Positions 17,565 through 29,446 are shown, counted from the stretch's first letter. The stretch: DNA of 43,226 nucleotides from Microbacteriaceae bacterium (GCA_003454135.1 DMKW01000089.1:8247-51472), one strand, 5' to 3'. Notes: a model not told the origin generated them from the sequence alone. Translations and numbers: made by a program.

Positions 17565-18689
17565 GTGAAGACACGTAAGGTTCTCTTCGGCATCGCAGCC
17601 GTCGGACTCGCCCTCTCGCTCGCTGCCTGCTCCGGAACCCGCGGCGGCACGACGACCACGACCGAAGCTGCGGGAGCCAACAAGGGCGCCCTCATCGGCG
17701 TGGCCATGCCCACCAAGACCAGTGAGCGCTGGATCAAGGACGGCGACGCTGTCAAGGCTGACCTCGAGAAGCTCGGCTACAAGGTCGACCTCGAGTACGC
17801 GGACGACAAGATCCCGCAGCAGGTGCAGCAGATCAGCAACATGCTGACCAAGGGCGCCAAGGTGCTCATCATCGCCGCGATCGACGGCACGGCGCTCAGC
17901 GACCAGCTCGACCAGGCCGGCAAGTCCGGCGTCAAGGTCATCGCCTACGACCGCCTGATCAACGGCAACAAGAACGTCGACTACTACACGACGTTCGACA
18001 ACTTCAAGGTCGGCGTTCAGCAGGCGACGAGCCTGCTCACCGGCCTCGGCGTTCTCGACAAGGACGGCAAGGACACCGGAAAGACGGGACCGTTCAACGT
18101 AGAGTTGTTCGCCGGCAGCCCCGACGACAACAACGCGACGTTCTTCTTCAACGGTGCAATGGCAACCCTGAAGCCGTTCATCGACAAGGGCGTTCTGAAG
18201 GTCAAGAGCGGCCAGACCGGCTTCACCCAGGTCGCCACCCTCCGGTGGGACCCGTCAACCGCCCAGAAGCGCATGCAGAACCTGATCGCCAGCACGTACT
18301 CCGACGGCAGCAAGGTCGACGGCGTGCTCTCCCCGTATGACGGTCTCTCGATCGGCATCATCTCCGCGCTGACCAGCTCCGGCTATGCCACGAACGCCCT
18401 GCCGATCATCACCGGCCAGGACGCCGAGGCCGCATCGGTCAAGTCGATCATTGCGGGCCAGCAGTACTCCACCATCTACAAGGACACTCGCCTGCTGGGC
18501 AAGGAAGCCGTGAAGATGGCTGACGACCTGCTCAACGGCAAGACGCCTGAGGTCAACGACACCAAGAGCTACAACAACAAGGTCAAGATCGTCCCGACCT
18601 TCCTGTTCGATCCCCTGGTGGTCACCAAGGACAACTACAAGGAAGTTCTTGTTGACAGCGGCTACTACACAGAGGCAGACCTCAAGTAG
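17565..18689 (+). CDS. chvE: Multiple-monosaccharide ABC transporter substrate-binding lipoprotein
   Basis: SD AAAGGA, lipobox [39 protein letters not shown]. Confidence 0.92.
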   Translation: MKTRKVLFGIAAVGLALSLAACSGTRGGTTTTTEAAGANKGALIGVAMPTKTSERWIKDGDAVKADLEKLGYKVDLEYADDKIPQQVQQISNMLTKGAKVLIIAAIDGTALSDQLDQAGKSGVKVIAYDRLINGNKNVDYYTTFDNFKVGVQQATSLLTGLGVLDKDGKDTGKTGPFNVELFAGSPDDNNATFFFNGAMATLKPFIDKGVLKVKSGQTGFTQVATLRWDPSTAQKRMQNLIASTYSDGSKVDGVLSPYDGLSIGIISALTSSGYATNALPIITGQDAEAASVKSIIAGQQYSTIYKDTRLLGKEAVKMADDLLNGKTPEVNDTKSYNNKVKIVPTFLFDPLVVTKDNYKEVLVDSGYYTEADLK

Positions 18690-18705
18690 GGTTTGCTCAA
18701 CACCC

Positions 18706-18739
18706 GGCAGCGGCGGCGGGTTTTCCCGTCGCCGCTGCC
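18706..18739 (+). terminator. Intercistronic stem-loop after chvE (mRNA stabiliser or attenuator)
   Basis: GGCAGCGGCGGCGGG-TTTT-CCCGTCGCCGCTGCC, a 15-bp stem with one G-U pair. Confidence 0.65.
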
Positions 18740-18770
18740 TCCCTCTCACCGCATGGAAGAAGAAGAATCG

Positions 18771-20312
18771 GTGACTACAAACATTCTTGAGATGCGAAGC
18801 ATCACAAAAACATTCCCTGGGGTCAAAGCACTCCAGGATGTCTCGCTCGAGGTGCAGCGCGGCAACATCCACGCGATCTGCGGTGAGAACGGCGCGGGAA
18901 AGTCCACCCTCATGAAGGTGCTGTCGGGCGTGTACCCGGCCGGCACCTATGACGGCGAGATCGTGCTGGAAAACCGGCCCGTCGAATTCAAAAGCATCAA
19001 CGACTCCGAGGCATCCGGTGTCGTCATCATCCACCAGGAGCTCGCGCTCAGCCCCTACCTCTCCATTGCCGAGAACATCTTTCTCGGCAATGAGCAGCAG
19101 AAAAACGGCTGGATCGACTGGAACAAGACCAACCTCGAGGCGTCGAAACTGCTCGCCAGGGTCGGCCTGAAAGACAACCCGATCACCAAGGTCATGGACA
19201 TCGGCGTCGGCAAGCAGCAGCTCGTCGAGATCGCGAAGGCGCTCTCCAAGCAAGTGAAACTGCTGATCCTCGATGAGCCGACCGCGGCCCTCAACGACGA
19301 GGACTCCGCGCACCTTCTCGATCTGATCAAACACCTCAAGGGCCAGGGCATCACCTCGATCATCATCAGCCACAAGCTGAACGAGATCAAGGCGATCGCC
19401 GACAAGGTCACGATCATCCGCGACGGCAAGACCATCGAAACCCTCGATATGCACACCGATGAGATTTCGGAAGAGCGCATCATCAAGGGGATGGTCGGTC
19501 GCGACCTCGAAAGCCGGTACCCGGACCACACGCCGCACATCGGTGACGAGATCCTCCGGATCGAAGACTGGACCGTGTACCACCCCCTGGACCACGAGCG
19601 CGCCGTCGTCAAGAACGCGAGCATCAACGTCAAGGCTGGCGAGATCGTCGGGATCGCGGGCCTCATGGGCGCCGGCCGGACCGAGCTCGCGATGAGCGTG
19701 TTCGGTCACAGCTACGGTTACAACATCTCCGGCCGGGTCTACAAGAACGGCGTCGAGATCAACACCAACACCGTGTCGGCGGCGATCGGGCACGGGCTGG
19801 CCTACGCGACGGAAGACCGCAAGAACTACGGCCTCAACCTGATCGAAGACATCAAGCGCAACATCTCCCTCGCGGCATTGCACAAGATCTCACGCCGCGG
19901 TTGGATCGACGAGAACCGCGAGGCCATCGTCGCCGAGGGCTATCGCAAGAGCATGAACATCAAGGCACCCAACGTTGAAGCGCTGACCGGGAAGCTCTCC
20001 GGCGGCAACCAGCAGAAGGTCGTGCTGTCGAAGTGGATGTTCTCCGACCCGGATGTGCTCATCCTCGACGAGCCGACCCGAGGCATCGACGTCGGTGCCA
20101 AGTACGAAATCTACGGAATCATCAACCGGCTCGCCGACGAGGGGAAGGGCGTCATCGTCATCTCCTCCGAGCTGCCGGAGCTCCTCGGGATCTGTGACCG
20201 TATTTACACCCTCTCCGAGGGCCGCATTACCGCAGACGTGCCCCGCGAAAAGGCGACGGCCGAGTACCTCATGCAACACATGACTCAGGAAAGGGAGAAG
20301 GACCACCGATGA
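18771..20312 (+). CDS. mmsA: Multiple-monosaccharide ABC transporter ATP-binding protein (GguA/MmsA)
   Basis: Two ABC domains: [38 protein letters not shown] 18771 is the likely start. Confidence 0.93.
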   Translation: MTTNILEMRSITKTFPGVKALQDVSLEVQRGNIHAICGENGAGKSTLMKVLSGVYPAGTYDGEIVLENRPVEFKSINDSEASGVVIIHQELALSPYLSIAENIFLGNEQQKNGWIDWNKTNLEASKLLARVGLKDNPITKVMDIGVGKQQLVEIAKALSKQVKLLILDEPTAALNDEDSAHLLDLIKHLKGQGITSIIISHKLNEIKAIADKVTIIRDGKTIETLDMHTDEISEERIIKGMVGRDLESRYPDHTPHIGDEILRIEDWTVYHPLDHERAVVKNASINVKAGEIVGIAGLMGAGRTELAMSVFGHSYGYNISGRVYKNGVEINTNTVSAAIGHGLAYATEDRKNYGLNLIEDIKRNISLAALHKISRRGWIDENREAIVAEGYRKSMNIKAPNVEALTGKLSGGNQQKVVLSKWMFSDPDVLILDEPTRGIDVGAKYEIYGIINRLADEGKGVIVISSELPELLGICDRIYTLSEGRITADVPREKATAEYLMQHMTQEREKDHR

Positions 20313-21490
20313 GCGCGTTCAGATCCGCACTTAACTACCTTGCCAGCCAGTTGCGCCAAATCGGCCTCTTCATCGCGCTGATTGTGATCATCGTCTTCTT
20401 CCAGGCGGCGACCAACGGCATCACGCTGAAGCCGATCAACGTCTCGAACCTGATCGTGCAGAACAGCTACATCCTCATCCTCGCCGTGGGCATGGTGATG
20501 GTGATCATCGCCGGCCACATCGACCTCTCGGTCGGTTCCGTGGTCGCCTTCGTCGGCGCCATGGCCGGGGTGATGATCACGCAGTGGCATATTGCGTGGT
20601 GGATAGCCATCCTCCTCTGCCTCGTGCTCGGTGCACTGGTCGGCATGTGGCAGGGCTTCTGGATCGCCTACTTCGGGATACCGGCGTTCATCGTCACCCT
20701 GGCCGGCATGCTGACGTTCCGTGGCCTGACGCAGATCACGCTGCAGAACCAGCAGATCTCCCCGTTCCCCGACCAGTTCCGCGCGCTTGGCAGCGGCTTC
20801 CTGCCTGACCTGGGCGGCGGAACGAGCGTGCTCGAGCCGCTGACCGTTGGACTCGGTGTGCTGGCGACCGTGCTCCTGGTTCTCCAGGGCATCCGGTCCC
20901 GCCTGGCGCGCAAGAAGTACGACGTCGAAGACGAGCCGTTCGCCTGGTTCGCGGTCAAGCTCGCCTTCACGGCCGCTCTCGTCTTGCTGGTCACGTACCT
21001 GCTGGCCAGCTACCGCGGCACGCCGATCGTCCTGATCGTGCTCGGCCTGCTGACCGTCGTGTACTCGGCGGTGATGGCGCGCAGCGTCTTCGGTCGCCAC
21101 ATCTACGCGCTCGGCGGCAACCTGAACGCAGCGGCCCTCTCCGGGGTCAAGACGAAGCGCGTGACGTTCCTGTTGTTCGTGAACATGGGTGTCATTGCGT
21201 CCCTTGCCGGCCTGGTCTTCACCGCCCAGCTCAACCTGGCGAACCCGAAGGCCGGTGACGGCTTCGAGCTCGACGCCATCGCGGCCGTCTTCATCGGTGG
21301 CGCGGCCGTGACCGGCGGTATCGGCACGGTGACTGGCGCGATCATCGGTGGTCTGATCATCGGAATCCTGAACAACGGCATGTCGATCCTGGGCGTGGGT
21401 ACCGAGTACCAGCAGCTCATCAAGGGTCTGGTGCTGCTCGCGGCCGTCGCGTTCGACGTCTACAACAAGCGCCGCTCCGGCGGTCGCTGA
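20309..21490 (+). CDS. mmsB: Multiple-monosaccharide ABC transporter permease (GguB/MmsB)
   Basis: [43 protein letters not shown]. Confidence 0.93.
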   Translation: MSAFRSALNYLASQLRQIGLFIALIVIIVFFQAATNGITLKPINVSNLIVQNSYILILAVGMVMVIIAGHIDLSVGSVVAFVGAMAGVMITQWHIAWWIAILLCLVLGALVGMWQGFWIAYFGIPAFIVTLAGMLTFRGLTQITLQNQQISPFPDQFRALGSGFLPDLGGGTSVLEPLTVGLGVLATVLLVLQGIRSRLARKKYDVEDEPFAWFAVKLAFTAALVLLVTYLLASYRGTPIVLIVLGLLTVVYSAVMARSVFGRHIYALGGNLNAAALSGVKTKRVTFLLFVNMGVIASLAGLVFTAQLNLANPKAGDGFELDAIAAVFIGGAAVTGGIGTVTGAIIGGLIIGILNNGMSILGVGTEYQQLIKGLVLLAAVAFDVYNKRRSGGR

Positions 21491-21509
21491 CTCGCGGCAT
21501 CCGCTCGTC

Positions 21510-21549
21510 GGGCCCCGGTCGTCTTCGGACGCCGGGGCCCTTCTGGTTT
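21510..21549 (+). terminator. Intrinsic terminator after mmsB
   Basis: GGGCCCCGG(T)CGTC-TTCG-GACGCCGGGGCCC followed by TTCTGGTTT. Confidence 0.75.
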
Positions 21550-21599
21550 CAGCCGGCGCCGCGGCCTTCCTGGCGCACCGGATGCGACACGCCGCGGCC

Positions 21600-21720
21600 A
21601 ATTCCACAGGCAGATGGATGCCCCCGTTAGGGGCTGTGGATAAGTGTCGGTGGTTCCGCGGAAAATGGCTGATGTCTGGTTCGCGAGGCTGTGCAGAACC
21701 GGTGGAATGTCGGTGGATAA
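21600..21720. promoter_or_regulatory. DnaA-box cluster upstream of nrdH
   Basis: Perfect TGTGGATAA (21635-21643). Near-matches TGTGCAGAA (21691-21699), GGTGGATAA (21712-21720) and AATTCCACA (21600-21608). Confidence 0.6.
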
Positions 21721-21734
21721 GTACATAATTGTAA

Positions 21735-21782
21735 TTACTGCATGTAGTGGCCGTTCTTAATCCGAATCACTAGATGTAGTAT
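21735..21782. promoter_or_regulatory. Tandem NrdR boxes
   Basis: TTACTGCATGTAGTGG (21735-21750) and TCACTAGATGTAGTAT (21767-21782), 32 bp apart, matching acaCwAtATaTwGtg. Confidence 0.85.
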
Positions 21783-21854
21783 TAGAACATCGGTTGAGCG
21801 CATCTGCTCGACTCCGGAATCCGCGTTTTTGAACGATGAGAGAGGCCCCCTGCA

Positions 21855-22088
21855 ATGGCAATTACGGTCTACACCAAGCCTTCGTGCGTGCAGTGCACGG
21901 CCACTTACCGGGCCCTGGACAACAAGGGCATCGAGTACGAAATCCTCGACCTGTCGGTGGACGAGAACGCGCTCGAGGCAGTGAAGGCCCTGGGTTACCT
22001 GCAGGCCCCCGTCGTCATCACGGACGAGGACCACTGGTCGGGTTTCCGCCCGGACAAGATCAATGAGCTGGCAGCACGTATCGCGTAG
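21855..22088 (+). CDS. nrdH: Glutaredoxin-like NrdH
   Basis: VYTKPSCVQC, QAPVV, WSGFRPD. Confidence 0.97.
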   Translation: MAITVYTKPSCVQCTATYRALDNKGIEYEILDLSVDENALEAVKALGYLQAPVVITDEDHWSGFRPDKINELAARIA

Positions 22089-22133
22089 CATCGGCGCGTT
22101 CAACTGCCCGGCTCCCAACCACCGAGGGGGTGA

Positions 22134-22541
22134 GTGATGACGGAGCTCGTGTATTTCTCCAGCGCCTCCGGCAACACGCGCCGGTTCGTGGAGAAGCTCG
22201 GCCGTCCCGCCGCACGAATCCCGCTCTACGCGCGGGACGAGCCCCTGCGGGTGGACGAGCCCTACGTTCTCGTGCTGCCGACATACGGCGGAGGCGTCAA
22301 CGGGGGAGCGGTACCCAAGCAGGTGATCCGGTTCCTCAATGACGAGAAGAACCGGTCGCTCATCCGCGGCGTGATCGGCGCGGGCAACACTAATTTCGGT
22401 GAGGCGTTCTGCCTCGCGGGGGACATCATTGCCGACAAGTGCAAGGTTCCCCACTTGTATCGGTTTGAAGTATTTGGAACACCGGATGATGTGCGCATCG
22501 TCCACGAAGGATTGGAATCATTTTGGAAGCAACAGCCGTGA
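22134..22541 (+). CDS. nrdI: Flavodoxin-like NrdI
   Basis: [24 protein letters not shown]. Start is GTG 22134 or ATG 22137. Confidence 0.95.
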   Translation: MMTELVYFSSASGNTRRFVEKLGRPAARIPLYARDEPLRVDEPYVLVLPTYGGGVNGGAVPKQVIRFLNDEKNRSLIRGVIGAGNTNFGEAFCLAGDIIADKCKVPHLYRFEVFGTPDDVRIVHEGLESFWKQQP

Positions 22542-24682
22542 AGACGACGCCGATGTCTGCGCCCTCTGGCCTGGACATGGATTACCACTCGCTCAACGCC
22601 ATGCTCAACCTGTACGGTCCGAACGGAGAGATCCAGTTCGACAAGGACCGCGAGGCGGCGCGCGAGTACTTCCTGCAGCACGTCAACCAGAACACGGTGT
22701 TCTTCCACTCGCTGCGCGAGCGCCTCGACTACCTGGTCGAGAAGGAATACTACGAGCAGGCCGTGCTCGACCTGTACTCGTTTGAGTTCATCACGAAGCT
22801 CAACGACCTGGCCTACTCGAAGAAGTTCCGCTTCCAGACCTTCCTCGGCGCGTTCAAGTACTACACCTCGTACACGCTGAAGACCTTCGACGGCAAGCGT
22901 TACCTCGAGCGCTTCGAGGACCGCGTCGTGATGACCGCCCTCGGCCTCGCCCAGGGCGACGAGAAGCTCGCGGTGGCCCTCGTCGAGGAGATTATCGCCG
23001 GGCGTTTCCAGCCGGCCACCCCCACGTTCCTGAACTCGGGCAAGGCCCAGCGCGGCGAGCTCGTGTCCTGCTTCCTGCTGCGCATCGAAGACAACATGGA
23101 GTCGATTTCCCGCGGCATCAACTCCTCGCTGCAGCTGTCCAAGCGCGGCGGCGGCGTGGCGCTCCTGCTCTCCAACATCCGAGAGGCCGGCGCGCCGATC
23201 AAGCAGATCGAGAACCAGTCCAGCGGCATCATCCCCGTGATGAAGCTGCTCGAAGACTCCTTCAGCTATGCAAACCAGCTCGGTGCCCGCCAGGGTGCCG
23301 GCGCGGTGTACCTGCACGCCCACCACCCCGACATCATGCGCTTCCTCGACACGAAGCGTGAGAACGCCGACGAGAAGGTGCGCATCAAGACGCTGTCCCT
23401 CGGCGTTGTCGTGCCGGACATCACGTTCGAGCTGGCGAAGAAGGACGAGGACATGTACCTGTTCTCGCCCTACGACGTCGAGCGCGTTTACGGCGTGCCG
23501 TTCGCTGACATCTCGGTCAGCGAGAAGTACCACGAGATGGTCGACGACCCGCGCATCAAGAAGTCGAAGATGAAAGCCCGCGAGTTCTTCCAGACGCTCG
23601 CGGAGATCCAGTTCGAGTCCGGCTACCCGTACATCATGTTCGAGGACACCGTCAACGCTGCGAACCCGATCAAGGGCCGCATCAACATGTCGAACCTGTG
23701 CTCGGAGATCCTCCAGGTCAACACGCCGACGACGTACAACGAGGACCTGTCCTATGACAGCATCGGCAAGGACATCTCCTGCAACCTTGGGTCGATGAAC
23801 ATCGCGCTGTCGATGGACTCGCCGGACTTCGGCCGTACCGTCGAGACCGCGATCCGCGGCCTCAACTCGGTGTCCGAGCAGAGCCACATCACCTCGGTGC
23901 GCTCGATCGAAGACGGCAACGACAAGTCGCACGCCATCGGCCTCGGCCAGATGAACCTGCACGGTTACCTCGCCCGGGAGCGCATTTACTACGGCAGCGA
24001 AGAGGGCATCGACTTCACGAACATCTACTTCTACACGGTGCTGTTCCACGCGCTGCGCGCCTCGAACACGCTCGCGATCGAGCGCGGCCGCGCCTTCGAG
24101 GGCTTCGAGGACTCGACCTACGCATCCGGTGCGTTCTTCGACAAGTACACCGACCAGGTCTGGGAGCCGGCGACCAAGCGGGCCGCCGAACTGTTCGAGA
24201 CCTCCGGCGTTGCCATCCCGACCCAGGCCGACTGGGCCGAGCTCAAGGCATCCGTCATGGAGCACGGGATCTACAACCAGAACCTGCAGGCCGTGCCGCC
24301 GACCGGGTCGATCTCGTACATCAACAACTCGACCTCGTCGATCCACCCGATCGCCTCGAAGATCGAGATCCGCAAGGAAGGCAAGCTCGGCCGCGTCTAC
24401 TACCCGGCGCCGTTCATGACGAACGACAACCTGGCGTACTACCAGGACGCTTACGAGGTCGGCGCGGAGAAGATCATCGACACCTACGCGGCGGCTACCC
24501 AGCACGTCGACCAGGGCCTGTCGCTCACGCTGTTCTTCAAGGACACCGCCACGACCCGCGACATCAACAAGGCGCAGATCTACGCCTGGCGCAAGGGCAT
24601 CAAGACGATCTACTACATCCGCCTCCGTCAGCTCGCGCTAGAAGGGACTGCCGTGGATGGTTGCGTCTCGTGCATGCTGTGA
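22523..24682 (+). CDS. nrdE: Class Ib ribonucleotide reductase alpha subunit
   Basis: [53 protein letters not shown]-terminal CVSC. Exact start uncertain. Confidence 0.97.
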   Translation: MEATAVKTTPMSAPSGLDMDYHSLNAMLNLYGPNGEIQFDKDREAAREYFLQHVNQNTVFFHSLRERLDYLVEKEYYEQAVLDLYSFEFITKLNDLAYSKKFRFQTFLGAFKYYTSYTLKTFDGKRYLERFEDRVVMTALGLAQGDEKLAVALVEEIIAGRFQPATPTFLNSGKAQRGELVSCFLLRIEDNMESISRGINSSLQLSKRGGGVALLLSNIREAGAPIKQIENQSSGIIPVMKLLEDSFSYANQLGARQGAGAVYLHAHHPDIMRFLDTKRENADEKVRIKTLSLGVVVPDITFELAKKDEDMYLFSPYDVERVYGVPFADISVSEKYHEMVDDPRIKKSKMKAREFFQTLAEIQFESGYPYIMFEDTVNAANPIKGRINMSNLCSEILQVNTPTTYNEDLSYDSIGKDISCNLGSMNIALSMDSPDFGRTVETAIRGLNSVSEQSHITSVRSIEDGNDKSHAIGLGQMNLHGYLARERIYYGSEEGIDFTNIYFYTVLFHALRASNTLAIERGRAFEGFEDSTYASGAFFDKYTDQVWEPATKRAAELFETSGVAIPTQADWAELKASVMEHGIYNQNLQAVPPTGSISYINNSTSSIHPIASKIEIRKEGKLGRVYYPAPFMTNDNLAYYQDAYEVGAEKIIDTYAAATQHVDQGLSLTLFFKDTATTRDINKAQIYAWRKGIKTIYYIRLRQLALEGTAVDGCVSCML

Positions 24683-24691
24683 GTTTGCTGA

Positions 24692-25705
<1,014 letters not shown>

Positions 25706-25720
25706 CCACCACCACCACCA

Positions 25721-25792
25721 CCGAGATTGGCACTTCCGGTCGAGATTGACCGGTGTGCCGGTCAATCTCGACCGGAACGGACGAGGTCGACG
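25721..25792. repeat. REP-like palindromic element, copy 1
   Basis: Perfect 20-bp stem TTCCGGTCGAGATTGACCGG-TGTG-CCGGTCAATCTCGACCGGAA (25734-25777) between convergent genes. A near-identical copy lies at ~27211-27294. Confidence 0.85.
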
Positions 25793-25805
25793 CACTGAAG
25801 GACCG

Positions 25806-26210
25806 CTAGTGTCCGTCGTTGTCGAGGCGGATCGAGGCCTTGCAGATCTCGCCGTAGCCCGACTTGACGGTGATCGAGACCAAGTCCTTGTCCTCGCTTT
25901 TGATGGTCTTGGCGAATCGCACGTTGCCGTAGTCGTTGGACACCTTCCTCTTGGTGAAGACGGTCGCGTGGTTGCGTTTGATGGTCATCGTCCAGGCACG
26001 ATGTCCCTTGGTGGCGTTGATGTGAAACGTCGTGGCGAGCCGGTCGGGGTGTTCCCGTTCCCTGACCGTCATTGTGTAGTGGGCGCCCAGGCTGCAGTGG
26101 CCGCTGCGTGATGCAAAGTCGTCATCAGCGTGCGCGACACCGGCGGGGGCGAGAAAGACAAAGCTCGTTACCAGCAGACTCGCGGCGGCGGCGGCGATTG
26201 ATTTCTTCAT
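25806..26210 (-). CDS. Small secreted hypothetical protein
   Basis: GGAGGA SD. Signal peptide MKKSIAAAAASLLVTSFVFLAPAGVAHA, then a basic, beta-rich mature part with two Cys. Confidence 0.75.
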   Translation of the reverse strand: MKKSIAAAAASLLVTSFVFLAPAGVAHADDDFASRSGHCSLGAHYTMTVREREHPDRLATTFHINATKGHRAWTMTIKRNHATVFTKRKVSNDYGNVRFAKTIKSEDKDLVSITVKSGYGEICKASIRLDNDGH

Positions 26211-26328
26211 GGCTTCCTCCATCCCTGATTGCTGGGATCATCGCACCGCAAGCCGCCCCTGAATAGATGCTGTCTTCGACGTCCAACGCTGCGGGTGGGA
26301 ATTGGGCGTTCCAACGGGTCATGGGCGG

Positions 26329-26850
26329 TCAGGTTGTCCGGCCTGGTTTCCGTGAGCCCGATAGTCCCGCTGCGGGTGGCCTTCCCGACGCCCGCAATGT
26401 TGCTGCGGACCGACCGGCGGTCGACCACGATCCATCCAACGCAATCACCGCGAGGGCCGAGGTGGGCATCCCCACCGACTCACCCGTCAGAAGTGAGACC
26501 AGATCCTCGATTCCGGGGTTGTGGCCGACCAGGACGACGGTGTCGACGTCGTCAGGCAGGGCGCGCACGACGCCGAGCAACTGGCTGGCGGACGCGTCGT
26601 ACGTGCGGTCGTCAATCCAGATCGGTGGTCTGTCGTCGAGCTCTGCCGAGGCGAGCTCCCAGGTACTGCGAGCCCGGATAGCGGGTGAGACGACAGCGAG
26701 ATCGATGCGGTCGATGCTGTGGGCCAACCATCGTCCCGCGCGGGGCGCCTGATGCAGACCGCGCTCGGCCAGGGGGCGGTCGACGTCTGCCTCTGGGCCC
26801 GACCAGTCCGACTTGGCGTGTCGCAGCAGGATCAGGGTGCGCTCAGGCAT
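26329..26850 (-). CDS. sixA: SixA-like histidine phosphatase
   Basis: LLRHAKS, DRPL..RG, VSPAIRARST, LVGHNPG. Confidence 0.88.
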   Translation of the reverse strand: MPERTLILLRHAKSDWSGPEADVDRPLAERGLHQAPRAGRWLAHSIDRIDLAVVSPAIRARSTWELASAELDDRPPIWIDDRTYDASASQLLGVVRALPDDVDTVVLVGHNPGIEDLVSLLTGESVGMPTSALAVIALDGSWSTAGRSAATLRASGRPPAAGLSGSRKPGRTT

Positions 26851-27166
26851 CCGGGGTCCCGCTTAAGCCCCGAATCGGTGAACCGACCACCGAGAACGTG
26901 TAGCCTCCCATGTCGCCGGAGAGCAAGGGCATTGCCTCGTGAATGGCGGCACGAACGCTCGGAATCTGCAGGGATGCCCGATGCGCTTGCGGTGATTCCC
27001 ACAGCTCGCACACGAACACGGTGTCGGGCGAGGCCTCGTTGACCCCCACTTCGTACAACAGGCAGCCAGAGGCCTGGAGCTCCGGGTTGGAGCTGGTCAG
27101 GATTGCGACGACGTCGTCGCGGTGACCAGGCTTCACGCCGAGCGTTCCCACATTTGCGAATGTCAT
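26843..27166 (-). CDS. ABM-domain (putative quinol monooxygenase) protein
   Basis: KPGHRDDV, GCLLYEV, VFVCELWESPQAHRASL. Overlaps the sixA start by 8 nt. Confidence 0.85.
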   Translation of the reverse strand: MTFANVGTLGVKPGHRDDVVAILTSSNPELQASGCLLYEVGVNEASPDTVFVCELWESPQAHRASLQIPSVRAAIHEAMPLLSGDMGGYTFSVVGSPIRGLSGTPDA

Positions 27167-27210
27167 GCGCATATTTTTGCACGGGCCGGTCTGTCGGCCG
27201 GATGGGAACA

Positions 27211-27294
27211 TCACCGCCGAGATTGACGGTTCCGGTCGAGATTGACTGATGTGCCGGTCAATCTCGACCGGAACGGACAATCTCGGCGCGGTGA
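27211..27294. repeat. REP-like palindromic element, copy 2 (with outer arms)
   Basis: CCGAGATTG..GTTCCGGTCGAGATTGAC-loop-GTCAATCTCGACCGGAAC..CAATCTCGG. Confidence 0.85.
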
Positions 27295-27326
27295 AGGCCG
27301 GGACCCCGATGGGATCCCGGCCTTCA
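27292..27326 (-). terminator. Hairpin downstream of the secreted repeat-protein gene
   Basis: TGAAGGCCGGGA...TCCCGGCCTTCA, a 12-bp stem with no U-tract. Confidence 0.6.
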
Positions 27327-27354
27327 GTCGTGCTCCGCTGGTGAGCGGGTCTTG

Positions 27355-28188
27355 CTAGTTCCCGGCGCTGACGTCGGCGCCGGTGTCGGCCTTGGACTGG
27401 CCGTCGGTGTCGGCGTCCGCCCCGGCCTTGGCGTCGAAGCCGGCCTGAAGCTTTTCGACAACGGCCTGGATGGCCTGGCCGTAGTCGCCGTTCACGGCGG
27501 CGGTCTCAATCGTCTGCGCGGCGGCGGCCTGGTCGGCGGCCGGCGCGTTCTTCAGGTCCGTCAGGTCGGCCTGCAGCTTGGCCGGCAGCTGCGAGAACAC
27601 CTGGGGGATGTCGACGAGCGTGAGGGCCAGCTTCACAACCGACTGGCCGGCATCCTGTTCCTCAGCCTGCACGTGGTGGCCGTGGTGCCCGCTGGGCACG
27701 AGCGCGGCCAGCGGGTGCGTGGGGTGCTTCTGGATCTGCGTGGCGAGCTTCGTGATCTGCTCGCCGTATCCGCCGTCCAGCGCGGTGGTTTCGATCTTCT
27801 GCGCGGCCGCTGTGCGGTCGGCGGAGGATGCGTCCTTGAGGGTCGTCAGATCGGCCTGCAGGTTGGCCGGAAGGCTCGCGAAGAGCTCAGCGTGGCCGGC
27901 GAGGGTGGTGGCGACGTTCTGCGCCTTCTCACCGATGTCGTGACCCTCGGCGAGATCGGAGCGGAGCTCGCCCTTCAGGGCCACCAGGAACGTGCCCGAG
28001 AAGCCGGAGATCGCGTCCCCTGTCGCTGAGGAGTTCGAGGTGCGGGTGGAGGAGGTCAGCGGAGCCGCTGTGGCCCCCTGCACGCCAACACCGAGCAGTG
28101 CGCCGGCGGTCAGGACGGAAACGACGCCGACGGCGAGGCGCTTCTTGCGAAAAGTGCCGGAGGTGGCGGAGATCTGGTTCTTGTTCAA
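27355..28188 (-). CDS. Secreted helical protein with two ~65-aa internal repeats
   Basis: AAAGGA SD then TTG; candidate -10 TAGACT at 28259-28264 (minus strand). Signal peptide (RKKR + hydrophobic + ATA). Repeats LPANLQADLTTLK..GGYG and LPAKLQADLTDLK..GDYG. Confidence 0.8.
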   Translation of the reverse strand: MNKNQISATSGTFRKKRLAVGVVSVLTAGALLGVGVQGATAAPLTSSTRTSNSSATGDAISGFSGTFLVALKGELRSDLAEGHDIGEKAQNVATTLAGHAELFASLPANLQADLTTLKDASSADRTAAAQKIETTALDGGYGEQITKLATQIQKHPTHPLAALVPSGHHGHHVQAEEQDAGQSVVKLALTLVDIPQVFSQLPAKLQADLTDLKNAPAADQAAAAQTIETAAVNGDYGQAIQAVVEKLQAGFDAKAGADADTDGQSKADTGADVSAGN

Positions 28189-28583
28189 TGTGGATCCTTT
28201 CGATAGCTTGCGACCGGTCCGGCGATAACCGAAGTCGGCCGCACGTGGTCACCCGGCGAGTCTAGGGAGGCGCCCGGCGCCAACCTCCGTAGCGGCTGAG
28301 TGTCCCGATTGGGTAGGCGCCGATCGCCGGGTTTGTCTGCGGCATCGCGCGGCTCACGATCGCAGCCATGGCAGGGAAACGCAGGCGATCAGGAGTTTTA
28401 CTCAACTCGCCTGAAGGGCTTTCCACGGATTCAATTTTTCTTTCCGATCGAAATGCCTTATGGAAGCGGGTCCGGCGAACCGAAACGACCACCGGGGCAC
28501 GGCTCTCTGCGGTAGGTCACAAACCGAAATTCACGGCACGGCCGGCCCGGTCGCCCGGGTGGCCGTGTAGCATCATCGGAGAA

Positions 28584-28669
28584 CGACAGGGGAGCGCCTC
28601 ACGGCGCTGAGAGTGCGGTACGCCGCAGACCCTCGAACCTGCTCCGGTTAGCACCGGCGAAGGGAGTCG
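28584..28669 (+). ncRNA. TPP riboswitch upstream of ykoE
   Basis: ACAGGGGAGC..GCTGAGA..AGACCC..GAACCTG..CCGG-TTAGCA-CCGG-CGAAGGGAG; P1 CGAC/GTCG. Confidence 0.95.
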
Positions 28670-28777
28670 GGAAATCTCAGGTCCCTCGTGTCATGCCCGC
28701 TCCGGGTCTCCGGGGCGAGCGCGGCGTGAGGGCACCTCCCCGAGGCATCCATCGGAGTCCACGGGAAAAGGAATGAC

Positions 28778-29446
28778 ATGACCACGCACGACAAGACGGC
28801 ACGCGAGACAGCGCCGCCCGCCGCACCCACCCGCACCATCCTCGCCGCCGGAAGGCTGACCGCCTGGCGCGGGGTCGACCTAATCACCGCGGCCATGCTC
28901 GCCGTGGCATTCGGCGTCGTCTTCTGGGGATTCGACACCTTCGTCTATCCGCTGGTTGGCGCCGTGACCGTGGGCTTCCCCCCGGCGGGAGAGCTCTCGC
29001 TCGGCGTGTGGCTGATCCCTGCCGTCGTCGGCGGACTGGTCATCAGGCGCCCCGGCGCCGCGCTCTTCACCGAACTGGTCGCGGCCAATGTCGAGCTGCT
29101 GCTCGGCAACGGGTGGGGAGTCGCCGTGCTCCTCTCCGGGCTGCTGCAGGGCCTCGGCGTCGAGATGGTGCTCGCCCTGGTGCGCTGGCGACGCTTTGGC
29201 GCAGCGACGGCGGTGCTCGGCGGTGTCGCGTCCGCGATCCTGGAAATCGTCGGCTACGAGTGGTGGTCCTACACGGCCGACTACTCACCGACCTGGCGCC
29301 TCGTCTACCTGGCCTGCGGCGTCGTGTCCGGCGCACTGATCGCCGGCCTCGGCGGCTCGGCGCTCGTGCGTGCGCTCGCCCGCTCCGGCGCCCTCAACGC
29401 ATTCCCCGCCGGCCAGGAAGTCCGTGAGTCGCGCGCGACCCGCTGA
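28778..29446 (+). CDS. ykoE: ECF transporter S component, thiamine/HMP (YkoE family)
   Basis: WRGVDL..AVAFGVVFW, IRRPGAALFTE, GLLQGLGVE, LARSGAL. Under TPP riboswitch control. Confidence 0.88.
   Translation: MTTHDKTARETAPPAAPTRTILAAGRLTAWRGVDLITAAMLAVAFGVVFWGFDTFVYPLVGAVTVGFPPAGELSLGVWLIPAVVGGLVIRRPGAALFTELVAANVELLLGNGWGVAVLLSGLLQGLGVEMVLALVRWRRFGAATAVLGGVASAILEIVGYEWWSYTADYSPTWRLVYLACGVVSGALIAGLGGSALVRALARSGALNAFPAGQEVRESRATR

Noticed and set aside
21600..21740. DnaA boxes plus AT-rich stretch as oriC
   Set aside because: Few boxes, no dnaA/dnaN context, and the position fits the nrdH promoter.
22262..24505. Very long antisense ORFs (747 aa here; also 8161-9729, 18255-19883, 35629-37602, 39885-41441)
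   Set aside because: They shadow well-supported genes on the opposite strand. High GC codon bias removes stops, and the products have no recognisable motifs.
28190..28480. Possible c-di-AMP or other riboswitch before the secreted repeat protein
   Set aside because: No aptamer consensus is visible, and a -10 at 28259-28264 implies only a short leader.
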